DNA from: a virus
Lineage: Duplodnaviria; Caudoviricetes
Direction: 5' to 3' (one strand)
Virus record (IMG/VR): IMGVR_UViG_2615840593_000003
Location: 64,001 to 128,000 of that record
DNA length: 64,000 nt
This document shows positions 37,775 through 47,800 of the stretch, piece after piece. The notes under the pieces are model-generated. The model was not told where the DNA came from. It did not search any database and was given only the letters and a program-made list of their open reading frames with translations. The translations under genes and the position numbers were made by a program. Each line of letters opens with the position of its first letter. Within the stretch, counting starts at the first letter, position 1.

Positions 37775-39283
37775 GTGTCAGAAGAAAATTTTCAGGATTT
37801 TAATGAGTGGATTGAAGTTGCAGGATTAACAGATTTTATTACTCAATATGGCTCAGGTAGTTCTTTGCGTGATATAGCGCTTACGGATCTATACAAATAC
37901 TTACAAAACCCATATTCAAATATAACAGAAATTCAAAAAGCATCCAAGTATCTTACAAATAAACATGGAATAATCAAAGAAGTATTACGCTCTCTAAAGT
38001 CCCTCCCATCACTTGACTACATTATTTCATGGTCAACAGTAGATGATGAAAAGAAACTTAAAAATTACGAAAGAAAAGTAAATGATTTTCTCAAAGAAAT
38101 CGATATAAAAACTTTCGTAAGAGATGGTCTTTTTGAAGTCGGAGAAATGGGTACGATTGTTACCTGCTTAAGAAATAAAAGATACGTTCAATTTTTAGAT
38201 CTAGATGATTTACGAATTAATAAACAAAGAAATGGACGTTGGGTAGTTGAATATGACTTAAATTCTATAAAACAGCATAAAACTGTAAATGACAAGTTAG
38301 TTATTATCGAGTCATTACCAGACGAAATAACATTGGCAAAATATAACCTTTTTATTAATAAAGGTGAAGATTACAGATACATAGAATTAAGAGATGCTGA
38401 TGTTATTAATATTGACGGAAATAGAAATATGCCATATGGATTACCATTGACTATAGGTGCATGGTCATCTATTTTACAAAAGGAAATCATTGATAGAGTT
38501 GAACGTTCTGTAGCAGATCGATTATTAAAAACAATCGTTATCTTATCCGCAGGACATTTAGATAAAGAAGGAACAAAGCCTGTACCTAAAGAAGTAATTA
38601 CAGCTTACTTCAATGAGGTAAGTAAATTATTTAACAAAAAGAATGGTATGAGTTTTAATACAGGTAAAGAAAGTTCTGGAACTGGCACAATTGCCCTCCC
38701 CCACTTTTTTAAATTAGACACTTTAGAAGTTAATACTGAGTTATTTAAAAAAGAACTGTATGACAAAATCGAAAATGACATCTATTCTAATCTAGGTATA
38801 AGTCCTGCTGTTCTATGGGGTGGTGGAGGAAATAACTTCAGTTCAGCACAATTAAACAGTCAGAAATTTTTCAGATACATATTCACTTTATTAGAGAAAT
38901 TTGAAGTATTAATTAACAGATATTTAAAGCAGATATTACCTAAGTCTGTTTCTTGTGAATTTGTCTTTGCTAAATCAACAATGTTAGATAAAGATAAATA
39001 TGTTGATAAGTACAAGGATTTATATATGCAGACTGGAATTTCTAAGTTTTGGATTGAATCTCTTACTGGTCTTCCTTATGAGAATGTTATTGGACAAGCA
39101 GAATATGAGCGTAAAGTATTGAAAACAGAAAGTATCATATACCCTGCCTCTAATGCTTATACTCAAAGTGGAAATGGTGACAATAAAGGTGGAGCGCCTA
39201 CAGTTGATGAGCCTACCAATGAAAATACTATAAAAAGTAAGTCTAATGGAGGCAATAATAATCCAAAACCATCCACTAGCTAA
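37775..39283 (+). CDS. Portal protein
   Basis: 502 aa directly after terL; YGLP motif; synteny. Confidence 0.8.
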   Translation: MSEENFQDFNEWIEVAGLTDFITQYGSGSSLRDIALTDLYKYLQNPYSNITEIQKASKYLTNKHGIIKEVLRSLKSLPSLDYIISWSTVDDEKKLKNYERKVNDFLKEIDIKTFVRDGLFEVGEMGTIVTCLRNKRYVQFLDLDDLRINKQRNGRWVVEYDLNSIKQHKTVNDKLVIIESLPDEITLAKYNLFINKGEDYRYIELRDADVINIDGNRNMPYGLPLTIGAWSSILQKEIIDRVERSVADRLLKTIVILSAGHLDKEGTKPVPKEVITAYFNEVSKLFNKKNGMSFNTGKESSGTGTIALPHFFKLDTLEVNTELFKKELYDKIENDIYSNLGISPAVLWGGGGNNFSSAQLNSQKFFRYIFTLLEKFEVLINRYLKQILPKSVSCEFVFAKSTMLDKDKYVDKYKDLYMQTGISKFWIESLTGLPYENVIGQAEYERKVLKTESIIYPASNAYTQSGNGDNKGGAPTVDEPTNENTIKSKSNGGNNNPKPSTS

Positions 39284-39297
39284 ATGAGGTGAACTAT

Positions 39298-39444
39298 ATG
39301 AAGGGTTACTCCCCTACTTTTAATATTAATCCTAAGTCAGAAATTGCTTCGAAAGTACAATCAGCATTTTTTGAGTTAGGAGTTAAAAATATTAAACACA
39401 AAGAAAATTGCACATGTGAAGAATGTAATAACAAAAATACATAA
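39298..39444 (+). CDS. Small Cys-rich protein (48 aa)
   Basis: GAGGTGA RBS; MKGYSPTFN...HKENCTCEEC. Confidence 0.55.
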   Translation: MKGYSPTFNINPKSEIASKVQSAFFELGVKNIKHKENCTCEECNNKNT

Positions 39445-39474
39445 TAATTTAATTAATTTAAAGGAGGTGAAATA

Positions 39475-40920
39475 TTGAACGAGATTTTAAGTATTAAACC
39501 AATATCACTTGAATTAAATGAATCAAATGATATTTATATGCTTTTGAATATAGGTATTCTATCAAATGTTGCTAACTACAATGATGCACAATTTACGGAT
39601 GAATTCATTGAATATATTGTTTCGAATAAAGATACATATATTGGACTTCCACTTCAAGTTAATAAGGAAAAGTTAGAAAATGCTGAGTACGAGAATCTAA
39701 CTCACGAATTAGTAAATGGTAAGTTGATGACAGATTCTATTGGTTCTTTTGTGGACTATTGGACTGAAATTGTTGATGATGCAACAGTTCTGATGGGCAG
39801 TGTTAAGATTTGGAAGAGATACCCTAATACATGTAATGCCATTCTTGAATTATATGAGAACGGAGATTTAGAATCCTCTTGCGAAGTAATGGTTAAAGAA
39901 TATAAAGAAATTACTGAAGACGGTATTCGTATCATTGACCACGCAGAAGGAAGCAACGCATTCATTGGTTCTGCAATTGTTTCTAGTCCTGCTGAAGTTA
40001 GAGCAAAAGCTACCCTATTAGTTGCAGAAGCATATGAAAAAGATTTGAGTATTGAAAATGAAGGAAAAGGAGATGACAATGTGGCTGAAAAAGAAGTATT
40101 TAACAAAGGTCATAAAATTCAGTATAAAGGAAAATTTGAAACAGCTTCACTTAAATACAGTGAGATTTCAAATCAAATTTATAATAAATTGAATCCAATT
40201 AACGCAAAAACAAATGGTCGTCAGTACAACTATTATATTCATACAATTTATAATGACAATGTTATTGTTGAAGATTGGGACGATTATGAGGTATTATTCA
40301 AAATTCCTTATTCAATTGAGAATGATGAAGTAATTATTTCACCATCAGACCAATGGGAACAAGGTAAGTTAGGGTTTATTCCTGACAACACTACAGAATT
40401 AGCTAATATCTTAGCTGATAAAGAGAAAGAATTAAGTGATATTCAAGATGAATTGACACAGGTTAAAGAGGAGTTAGCATCGATGAAAAATAACGAAACA
40501 AAAGAAGTGACCGACTTTGACGATAAAATCAAAGAGCTTAATGGTACTATCGTAAATCAAGCGCAAACTGAATCTGAATTAAAAAATGAGATTGCCGAAC
40601 TTAAATCTACTATTGATGATTTAAATCAATATAAGGAGAAAGTTGAAAAAGCTGAAAAAGAAGCTGAGATCACTGAGTTAAGTAACAAGTATTCCAAATT
40701 ACTTTCAGAGGAAGCATTTAAATCAGAAGAAGTTCAAAATGCTATTCAAGAATTGAATTCTGAAAAATTAAATGAAATTGTTGTGAATGAAGTAACAAAG
40801 CAAAAAAATGATGTAGAAGTTGCATCTAAACAGAATGATGATGTTGTCGTTGTGGCAAACAAACAAGAAGATTTAATTGTAAAAGATAAGCGTGAGTTCT
40901 GGGCTTCCCCTCGCTCATAA
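39475..40920 (+). CDS. Prohead protease / scaffold protein
   Basis: N-terminal protease-like region (ESSCEV, SSPAE), acidic coiled-coil C-terminus; between portal and capsid. Confidence 0.75.
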   Translation: MNEILSIKPISLELNESNDIYMLLNIGILSNVANYNDAQFTDEFIEYIVSNKDTYIGLPLQVNKEKLENAEYENLTHELVNGKLMTDSIGSFVDYWTEIVDDATVLMGSVKIWKRYPNTCNAILELYENGDLESSCEVMVKEYKEITEDGIRIIDHAEGSNAFIGSAIVSSPAEVRAKATLLVAEAYEKDLSIENEGKGDDNVAEKEVFNKGHKIQYKGKFETASLKYSEISNQIYNKLNPINAKTNGRQYNYYIHTIYNDNVIVEDWDDYEVLFKIPYSIENDEVIISPSDQWEQGKLGFIPDNTTELANILADKEKELSDIQDELTQVKEELASMKNNETKEVTDFDDKIKELNGTIVNQAQTESELKNEIAELKSTIDDLNQYKEKVEKAEKEAEITELSNKYSKLLSEEAFKSEEVQNAIQELNSEKLNEIVVNEVTKQKNDVEVASKQNDDVVVVANKQEDLIVKDKREFWASPRS

Positions 40921-40973
40921 ATATTTATTTAAAATAATACATAAAAATTTAAATTAAATGGAGGAATTATATA

Positions 40974-41408
40974 ATGGCAGGTTTTGTAGCTTTAGGAAAT
41001 GATTTATATATTGGTACTTACAAAAGTACAGTTAAAAATGGAGTAGAAAATGGTCAATGGGTAGTCTTAGATCATAAGGCAAAAACAGGCACATTGACAG
41101 ACGCTACAACTGGTGATAAGGAAGTTTATTTTGTAGTTAATGAAGTTGATACAGTCGATGAGCAATCTATCGATACTATTGATTATGAAGTCAAGGAAGG
41201 TGTATATCTTCGCCTGAAAAAACCACAAGAAGGTGAAATTCTTGTAACTACAAAGTTCAATGGTACTTTAGCTGAAGGTGATGAAGTTGCAGTGGGTGTA
41301 GATGGAAATGTTGAAGCAATCGGCTCTCGTACCCCTTCTACTAAATTAGTAGTAAAAGAGAAAACAAATGAATATGGCGTAGAAACTCTACGTTTATTAG
41401 TTCTTTAA
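40974..41408 (+). CDS. Capsid decoration/cement protein
   Basis: 144 aa beta-rich ORF just before the major capsid gene. Confidence 0.6.
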   Translation: MAGFVALGNDLYIGTYKSTVKNGVENGQWVVLDHKAKTGTLTDATTGDKEVYFVVNEVDTVDEQSIDTIDYEVKEGVYLRLKKPQEGEILVTTKFNGTLAEGDEVAVGVDGNVEAIGSRTPSTKLVVKEKTNEYGVETLRLLVL

Positions 41409-41447
41409 TATTAAATAATACATAAATTATCGGAGGAATTAGAAATT

Positions 41448-42428
41448 ATGACTATTAGTAAAGATTCTCGTATTGTAGAGGTATTTTCAAAAGATTTATT
41501 AAAAGCACAAGTTGAAGTAAATGAATTAAAGAATGCAAATGAATACATCAAAGAATTAGCTTCAAACCCTAGTCCAGATAACCGTTATGAAATTGCACAA
41601 ATCATGTCTTATGTAATTGACGAAGGTTTACGTCAACGTCTGAACTATTTCGAAGAACTAGCAGATGTAAAAAATACAGGTCTTGGAGAAAAGGCTCAAT
41701 TTAAAATTAATGTTAATGGAATTAAAGCTATGTTCCAAGCTAAATCAGCATCTACTGAACGTTCTAAAGTTTCAAATAAGTTCGTATCTCTTGATACTGA
41801 AGAAGTTTCTGTGCGACCAGTTGTCAATTTCCTTGACTTAGCTACTGGTAAAGTGGATTTAATTAAAATTGCAGAACAAGCAGTCGTTGAAATGGAAATG
41901 GCAATTGTAAAACGTATCCAAGATTCTATTTATGCGGCATTTTCAGCAATGGCGACACCTAACTATGCTCCTGGTTCTGGTATTGTTAAAGGTACATTTG
42001 ACCCTATTTTACATGCAATGAATCGTGTTGGAGGTTCTGCTTCTATCGTAGGCGATATCGAAGCATTAAGTAAATTTACTGCAATTGCAGGTTTCAATAA
42101 TAATATTCCAGATGCATTAGCTGTAGAACATAATCAAAATGGTATGATTGGTTCTTATTTAGGTGGTAAATTAATGAAGTTGAACAATCCGTTTATTCCA
42201 AACTCTTTAACTGAGACAGAGTTACGAAAAGATTTAATCTATGTAATTCCATCAGGAGACTCTTCATTACGTCCAGTTAAGGTTCATTTCGAAGGTGGAG
42301 TTCAAACTACAGATGCACCTGTAAATATCAACTCTAAAGAAGTAGAATTCCGTTTTGACCAATATGTTGGTGTAGGCGCTGTCGGAGTTCGTAAATTACT
42401 TGGAGTATATGAAGATACAACTCTATAA
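41448..42428 (+). CDS. Major capsid protein
   Basis: 326 aa, strong RBS, downstream terminator, synteny. Confidence 0.8.
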   Translation: MTISKDSRIVEVFSKDLLKAQVEVNELKNANEYIKELASNPSPDNRYEIAQIMSYVIDEGLRQRLNYFEELADVKNTGLGEKAQFKINVNGIKAMFQAKSASTERSKVSNKFVSLDTEEVSVRPVVNFLDLATGKVDLIKIAEQAVVEMEMAIVKRIQDSIYAAFSAMATPNYAPGSGIVKGTFDPILHAMNRVGGSASIVGDIEALSKFTAIAGFNNNIPDALAVEHNQNGMIGSYLGGKLMKLNNPFIPNSLTETELRKDLIYVIPSGDSSLRPVKVHFEGGVQTTDAPVNINSKEVEFRFDQYVGVGAVGVRKLLGVYEDTTL

Positions 42429-42512
42429 AATTCAATAATACATAAGTGAGAGGAATCGCACTTCCTCTCTACTTTATTTTTTTCACAAGATTTACAAGGA
42501 GGATATACTAAA

Positions 42513-42944
42513 ATGGTTAAATACAAAGTTTTAAATGATAACCCTTTTAATGTAGGTATTCGTTTTGAAAATGAAGCAAATCGAGAAATTACAATTAGAA
42601 GTAAATCATTCGTTTTAATGGAAGAAGATGACGTTCTTTATACAGATTCAGTAAGTAAATTATTTCGCAATGGTGTAATTACTGTAGATGACAGTGATTT
42701 AATGATTAAGATGGGGTATATGGAGAAAAGCTCTAATGCTATTTCTGAATCAGAAATTGAAGCATTATTCAAAGGTACTCCACAAAAGATTAAAAAGGAA
42801 CTTGAAAAAATAGATGCTAAACATGCCATCGAAAAAATAGTTGACTATGTAAAAAAATCAGATTTGCCACCATCAAAATCAAAAGTTGTTAAAGAAGTAT
42901 TTAATATTGAAATTTTCGAAGAGCTTGACCAAGAAATTGTTTAA
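42513..42944 (+). CDS. Virion morphogenesis protein
   Basis: Synteny after capsid. Confidence 0.6.
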   Translation: MVKYKVLNDNPFNVGIRFENEANREITIRSKSFVLMEEDDVLYTDSVSKLFRNGVITVDDSDLMIKMGYMEKSSNAISESEIEALFKGTPQKIKKELEKIDAKHAIEKIVDYVKKSDLPPSKSKVVKEVFNIEIFEELDQEIV

Positions 42945-42959
42945 AGTAGGTGTTATCTT

Positions 42960-43385
42960 ATGACATTTACATCTTATTCAGAGATTTATGGTTCATTCTT
43001 GGATAAAATCAATGACTATTATATAAAGAATCAATTAGAAACTAATCCAGTTTTTGCAGATGAAATACTTCTAGGTTATTTAAGGTCAGCTATTCCAAAG
43101 TTCACCTACTCTACAAAAGATTTATCTAAAAGAGACGATGTTTTATTTCAGTTTAATACTTGTTTGTCTGATATGGAGAAAGAAATATTAGCAACTTTGA
43201 TGATTGCTGAACATCTATCTCCTAAAATCAATAGTGAAGACTACATGTATAATAAAATTGGTTCAAAAGACTACAATCAATTTTCTCCTCACAATCAATT
43301 AGCTCAGTTGAGATTACTCCGTAAAAGTATAATAGACGAAGCTAACTTATTAATGATTGAGTATTATTATAGGCAAGGTGTTTAA
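42960..43385 (+). CDS. Head-tail adaptor protein
   Basis: TSYSEIYGSFL...KDYNQFSP motif; synteny. Confidence 0.6.
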   Translation: MTFTSYSEIYGSFLDKINDYYIKNQLETNPVFADEILLGYLRSAIPKFTYSTKDLSKRDDVLFQFNTCLSDMEKEILATLMIAEHLSPKINSEDYMYNKIGSKDYNQFSPHNQLAQLRLLRKSIIDEANLLMIEYYYRQGV

Positions 43386-43683
43386 TATGAATATTTCAGT
43401 TGAATACATTAAATATTTAAAAGATAGATTCTATGAAACTCTTTGCTTATTTGAAGAGAAAAATGACGGGCTTTCACGTTATATTGAATCATTTAGTTAT
43501 GAGTTATATGGGCTACAGTATTTAGTAGAAGATACAAAAACAATCATTACTCTATTGAGTATTCTAGAACATTTTTATGATGATAGTCTTGCTCCTGAAC
43601 CAGATGTAAAAGTAATCCGAGGAGAAGTTTTTCATTGTATTAGTTTAATAAATAGGATGTTTAAAGTTGGTGATAGCACTTGA
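43357..43683 (+). CDS. Virion-module hypothetical protein
   Basis: ORF; probable start MNISVEY. Confidence 0.6.
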   Translation: MSIIIGKVFNMNISVEYIKYLKDRFYETLCLFEEKNDGLSRYIESFSYELYGLQYLVEDTKTIITLLSILEHFYDDSLAPEPDVKVIRGEVFHCISLINRMFKVGDST

Positions 43684-44372
43684 ATTACAGAGCTAAATAT
43701 ATACAGCGTTTGAATAGTGATGGACATAATTCAAGAGATGCTTATCATAATAAGTCTAAAATTATTGCTAAACAGCAAATTTTAAACTCTCCTAATAGAT
43801 ATGACGTTTATTTAAATTTGGATAAATCAGTAACACATTATTCCATCACTAAAGATAGAGACACATACAAAAAACGTAAATTTATCTTCATTCCTGATAC
43901 AAAAGTTGACATGGGACATTATGTAACTCAAGGAGAACTTACTTATTTACTGACAGGTAAAGACACAAATGAAATTACACCTCAATTTTTAGGCGAGCTT
44001 TGTAGTGCTGAATTTCCAGTTAAATATGCTGATGAACAAAAGTTTCTAAGTTATGACAAACTTGATAGACCTGTTTATAAGACTATTCCAGGAGAAGTTA
44101 CAAATTTACCTTGCGTGGTTAAAATGAATGATGCCTCTACAGCGATTGCAGATGCAAATGAACCTGTTAACTTATTAGCTAATCAGGTAATGGTAACTAT
44201 CCCATACACTGAAGCACCTTCTATAGAGTTAAATGAACAATTTGATTTATATAACGAAACATATCGCATCATAAGAATTGACCCTTCTAGCTCAATCAAT
44301 AAAGTAGGCATTTTAAGAATTACTGGCGAACGTGAAGGAAGAAAGAATTCTAGTGAGGAGGTGTATGAATGA
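43680..44372 (+). CDS. Head closure/neck protein
   Basis: Synteny; beta-rich. Confidence 0.55.
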   Translation: MNYRAKYIQRLNSDGHNSRDAYHNKSKIIAKQQILNSPNRYDVYLNLDKSVTHYSITKDRDTYKKRKFIFIPDTKVDMGHYVTQGELTYLLTGKDTNEITPQFLGELCSAEFPVKYADEQKFLSYDKLDRPVYKTIPGEVTNLPCVVKMNDASTAIADANEPVNLLANQVMVTIPYTEAPSIELNEQFDLYNETYRIIRIDPSSSINKVGILRITGEREGRKNSSEEVYE

Positions 44373-44914
44373 AGCTAAAAGAATCACTAGAGAAATTATT
44401 CATAGAGTTGTCTAAAGACGAAGAATTGTTAAGACTTCTTCATTATGTTCCAAAAGATGCATTAGATGATCCCTTAGATAAATCAAAAGCTGATATCACT
44501 AGTTTAAAAGATAAGTATAAAATCATTTCAAAAGCAATAATACCATCAGATAAAACCTATGATTTAGTCTTAGAATCTAAAATGTCTCGTATTTGCTTTT
44601 ATACTGGCACTCGTAAACCTCAAACAAGTAATAATAGTTATACAGGAAGATTACAAGACAATCCATATTCATCTAACCAAGTTTATAATTTTGACGTATA
44701 TGTACATGTGGATATTGATATAGTTGATTTTCGTATGACTTGGATTTGCGATAGATTAGATGAATTACTACTCCTCAACAAGATTACAGATGTTGGGGAT
44801 TTTATTTTGGCATTCAGCTCCCCTATTAATAATACACCCAAAGGTTTTATCGGGTATAAATTAGCCTATGCTACTACTTCACTTCAAGAATCACCTAAGA
44901 GAGTCCAAAAATGA
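44369..44914 (+). CDS. Tail completion/terminator protein
   Basis: DEELLRLLHY...FDVYVH motif; synteny. Confidence 0.55.
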   Translation: MKLKESLEKLFIELSKDEELLRLLHYVPKDALDDPLDKSKADITSLKDKYKIISKAIIPSDKTYDLVLESKMSRICFYTGTRKPQTSNNSYTGRLQDNPYSSNQVYNFDVYVHVDIDIVDFRMTWICDRLDELLLLNKITDVGDFILAFSSPINNTPKGFIGYKLAYATTSLQESPKRVQK

Positions 44915-45669
44915 AAATTGATTTGGATAATGTATGGGGGAATCCTAAATACCATCGCAACATTCCAGTATATCCTGTTCAAATGGAAAATATTGAACAG
45001 TTGTATGATGCAGTACAATGTCTACTTATTCCTAAAAATACAATTCAAGATCCAATGATTATTAAGATGTCTTATTTGGCATTTTTGATACTTATCAGTT
45101 CAGACGGTGTGAACAAGCACTTCTTCGATAAATTAGTAACTCTAATAAAGTTAATTAGTAGAAGTGAAAATATCAGGTTTGATGTTGACGAAAAGAATAA
45201 GTACACAATTGTAATTGATGATGAAATTGTAATTAGAGAAAGAGACTTCGACAAAATAAAGGTGATTATTGGAGAGCAAAATCTAATCGATGTTTCAGAT
45301 GAAAGTTTAGGTACTGAGTTTGATAGAGCAAAGAGTGAAGCTAGAGCGTTTATGAATAAAAGAAACAAAAAAATGGCTGATTTAGAACAACAAATAATTG
45401 CTTATAAATGTGTATCGAAGTCTTCTTATGAGGATATCAAAAATATGACAATCTATCAATTCAGAAAAGAATTAGAGAGATATGATCTAATCAAGTCTGC
45501 TGATATTCTTCAGAATGCACAATATTCTGGAATGGTTTCATTTAAAGAAGGTGCAGAAATTCCGCATTGGTTAGACCAAATTGAAACTAAGAATCCAGAT
45601 GATGACATCGTTATGTCAAAAGAACAATTAGATAAATTGGTGTCTGATAAGGGATTAGCTAATAATTAA
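44911..45669 (+). CDS. Tail-module protein
   Basis: IKNMTIYQF motif; synteny. Confidence 0.6.
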   Translation: MKIDLDNVWGNPKYHRNIPVYPVQMENIEQLYDAVQCLLIPKNTIQDPMIIKMSYLAFLILISSDGVNKHFFDKLVTLIKLISRSENIRFDVDEKNKYTIVIDDEIVIRERDFDKIKVIIGEQNLIDVSDESLGTEFDRAKSEARAFMNKRNKKMADLEQQIIAYKCVSKSSYEDIKNMTIYQFRKELERYDLIKSADILQNAQYSGMVSFKEGAEIPHWLDQIETKNPDDDIVMSKEQLDKLVSDKGLANN

Positions 45670-45708
45670 CAAAATACATATAATCAAAAGAAAGAAGGAA
45701 TATTATTA

Positions 45709-46689
45709 ATGAAAAAATTATTCGCAGTATCAGTTGCCGATGCTCTACTTTTAGACCCTAATACTGATAACCTCTTAGTAAAAGGTAAAGCACTTTTAAG
45801 TTCTTCTATGGAACAAACTATTCAAGAACAAGAGTTATTTGCAGGTCGAGGCTCTCAGTTACAATATGTACACAACTATCAAAAAGTTATTGCATTCCAA
45901 ATTGAAACTGCTGACTTCTCCCCTACTTACCTAGCTCTACAAACAGGCTCAGAAATCAAAAATAAATTAAGTAAATACTTTACTGAAGAGACAGTGGAAT
46001 TTGATGCTAACGGTAATGGTACGCTTAAAGAAAGTCCAATTGGAAACGTGTATGTTGAAATGGATGCAGGTAATCAAACTATTGTACCAAATGTAAAAGA
46101 TGTGACTGTTCCTGCGCTAGCTGATAAGAAGGCTTTGGTTGTATACCAATACGAAGCAACTGTAGATGTAATGACAATTCCTGCTAACTCATTCCCGAAA
46201 GCTCTTAAGTTAGTATTAACTTCAGGTTTATTTGACGAAGATGGTGACCATGTTTACGAAGTACAAATTGAAGTTCCTCGCTACAAACTTGATGGTGCAA
46301 TGTCATTATCATTATCACATGATGGTGTATCACAATCCACTCTAAACGGTAAATCATTAGTTGATGATGAAGGTAACTATGCTTACGTTAAATATTTAAA
46401 ACTTGCAGGTCAAAAAGTAGAAATTTCAATGTTGGCAAGTAATCCTTCAGAAGTTGTATTAGATTCTGCAATTCCTAATGACTCTGAACAAGTAACTGTT
46501 TATGGTATCCGTGGTGGTGGATACGGTAACATTATCATGAATAATGCAGACCTAACATTTAGTTCGGATGATCCTACAATTGCAACAGTAGACGTCAAAG
46601 GTAAAATTACTGCTGTAGCTGTCGGTAATACAACTGTTCGTGTTACAGATGGTAAATACAAAGAAGTAATTGATGTAGAAGTAGTTTAA
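45709..46689 (+). CDS. Major tail protein with C-terminal Ig-like (Big_2) domain
   Basis: LTFSSDDPTIATVDVKGKITAVAVGNTTVRVT; followed by terminator. Confidence 0.8.
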   Translation: MKKLFAVSVADALLLDPNTDNLLVKGKALLSSSMEQTIQEQELFAGRGSQLQYVHNYQKVIAFQIETADFSPTYLALQTGSEIKNKLSKYFTEETVEFDANGNGTLKESPIGNVYVEMDAGNQTIVPNVKDVTVPALADKKALVVYQYEATVDVMTIPANSFPKALKLVLTSGLFDEDGDHVYEVQIEVPRYKLDGAMSLSLSHDGVSQSTLNGKSLVDDEGNYAYVKYLKLAGQKVEISMLASNPSEVVLDSAIPNDSEQVTVYGIRGGGYGNIIMNNADLTFSSDDPTIATVDVKGKITAVAVGNTTVRVTDGKYKEVIDVEVV

Positions 46690-46704
46690 TAAATACATAT
46701 TAAC

Positions 46705-46735
46705 GAGTAGGGTTAACTCCCCTACTCTATTTTTA
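46705..46735 (+). terminator. Intrinsic terminator
   Basis: GAGTAGGG-ttaactc-CCCTACTC plus T run. Confidence 0.75.
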
Positions 46736-46764
46736 TTATTTGAGGAGAAAAGGAGAATCTACAC

Positions 46765-47253
46765 ATGGGACAATTAAAATTATCTGAAGTAAAAAAGCGA
46801 ATTGAAGAGTTACACAAGAAACAAAAATTCTATCTAGATAAAGAAAATGATGAATTCATCTATTATTATCCTAAGTTCTCTGAGAAAAAAATTAATGAAC
46901 TTTTAGATGAATTGCTTATAACAATTAAATATTGTCAAGAAAACAAATTAGACAAATTAAAAGATGAAGATAAAATTTTACAGTATCTTCAATTTCTCAT
47001 CATAAAACATTTCACTTCTTTAAAAGATGAGTTAGATAATAAACCTTTTAATATTCACCTTGAAACAAAGGAATCTTTAGAGGAATCTGGATTATATCGG
47101 ATATTCTTAGACCATATGTTTGATCCATCTGAGGTACATGACGTGTTAGATAGATTCAATGACATTGTTAAGTTAGGTGCTGATATTATAAATGAATTAG
47201 AAAAAGAATCTGAAGATAAAAACCTAAAAGTTGTAGATAAATTAGGTAAGTAA
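46765..47253 (+). CDS. Probable tail assembly chaperone
   Basis: Follows major tail gene. Confidence 0.5.
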   Translation: MGQLKLSEVKKRIEELHKKQKFYLDKENDEFIYYYPKFSEKKINELLDELLITIKYCQENKLDKLKDEDKILQYLQFLIIKHFTSLKDELDNKPFNIHLETKESLEESGLYRIFLDHMFDPSEVHDVLDRFNDIVKLGADIINELEKESEDKNLKVVDKLGK

Positions 47254-47254
47254 T

Positions 47255-47755
47255 ATGGTTCAGGTAAAAGATTTAAGCCAATTGAAACGCTACTTAGAAC
47301 GTGGAGACATTATTAATAATGTGTTTAAAGATAAAGGTATTGAAAATGTATTAGCTAAAGAAATGTCTAAAGCAGTACAAGATGTAGTTTATCGTCGTTA
47401 CATACCAGTTGAATATTTACGTAGAGGTAATGATGGTGGTTTATCTGATGTTCGTAATATGAAGATCACTAAGGTTGAAGTTAATAATGGGAAAGTAAGA
47501 GTTCTATTTGAAAACTTAACATTAGGGCAAGGACACTTTTCCCCTATCTATGAACAAAGTTACGACTCGCTACGAGGCGACTTTATTACTGACACTATAG
47601 AAGATGGAATTACTGAAAATTGGTATCGTACTGGTAAATGGAGTGAAGCGAGACCATTTGTACAAACTACAATTGAACGTATACAGACAAACCCTATACC
47701 ACTTATAAACGCAATTAAAAATGCATATAGAAAACTTGGATTTGAAGTTAGATAA
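47255..47755 (+). CDS. Neck/tail component (HK97 gp10-like)
   Basis: VQDVVYRRY.P.EY.R...GGLSD..N and ARPFVQ motifs. Confidence 0.6.
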   Translation: MVQVKDLSQLKRYLERGDIINNVFKDKGIENVLAKEMSKAVQDVVYRRYIPVEYLRRGNDGGLSDVRNMKITKVEVNNGKVRVLFENLTLGQGHFSPIYEQSYDSLRGDFITDTIEDGITENWYRTGKWSEARPFVQTTIERIQTNPIPLINAIKNAYRKLGFEVR

Positions 47756-47800
47756 GCTTCAAGTCTTTTTTATTTCATTCTTATGAAAGGAGAATGATTA

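Noticed and set aside
46765-47755. Programmed frameshift between tail chaperone genes
   Set aside because: No slippery heptamer seen at the ORF end; the next gene has its own start
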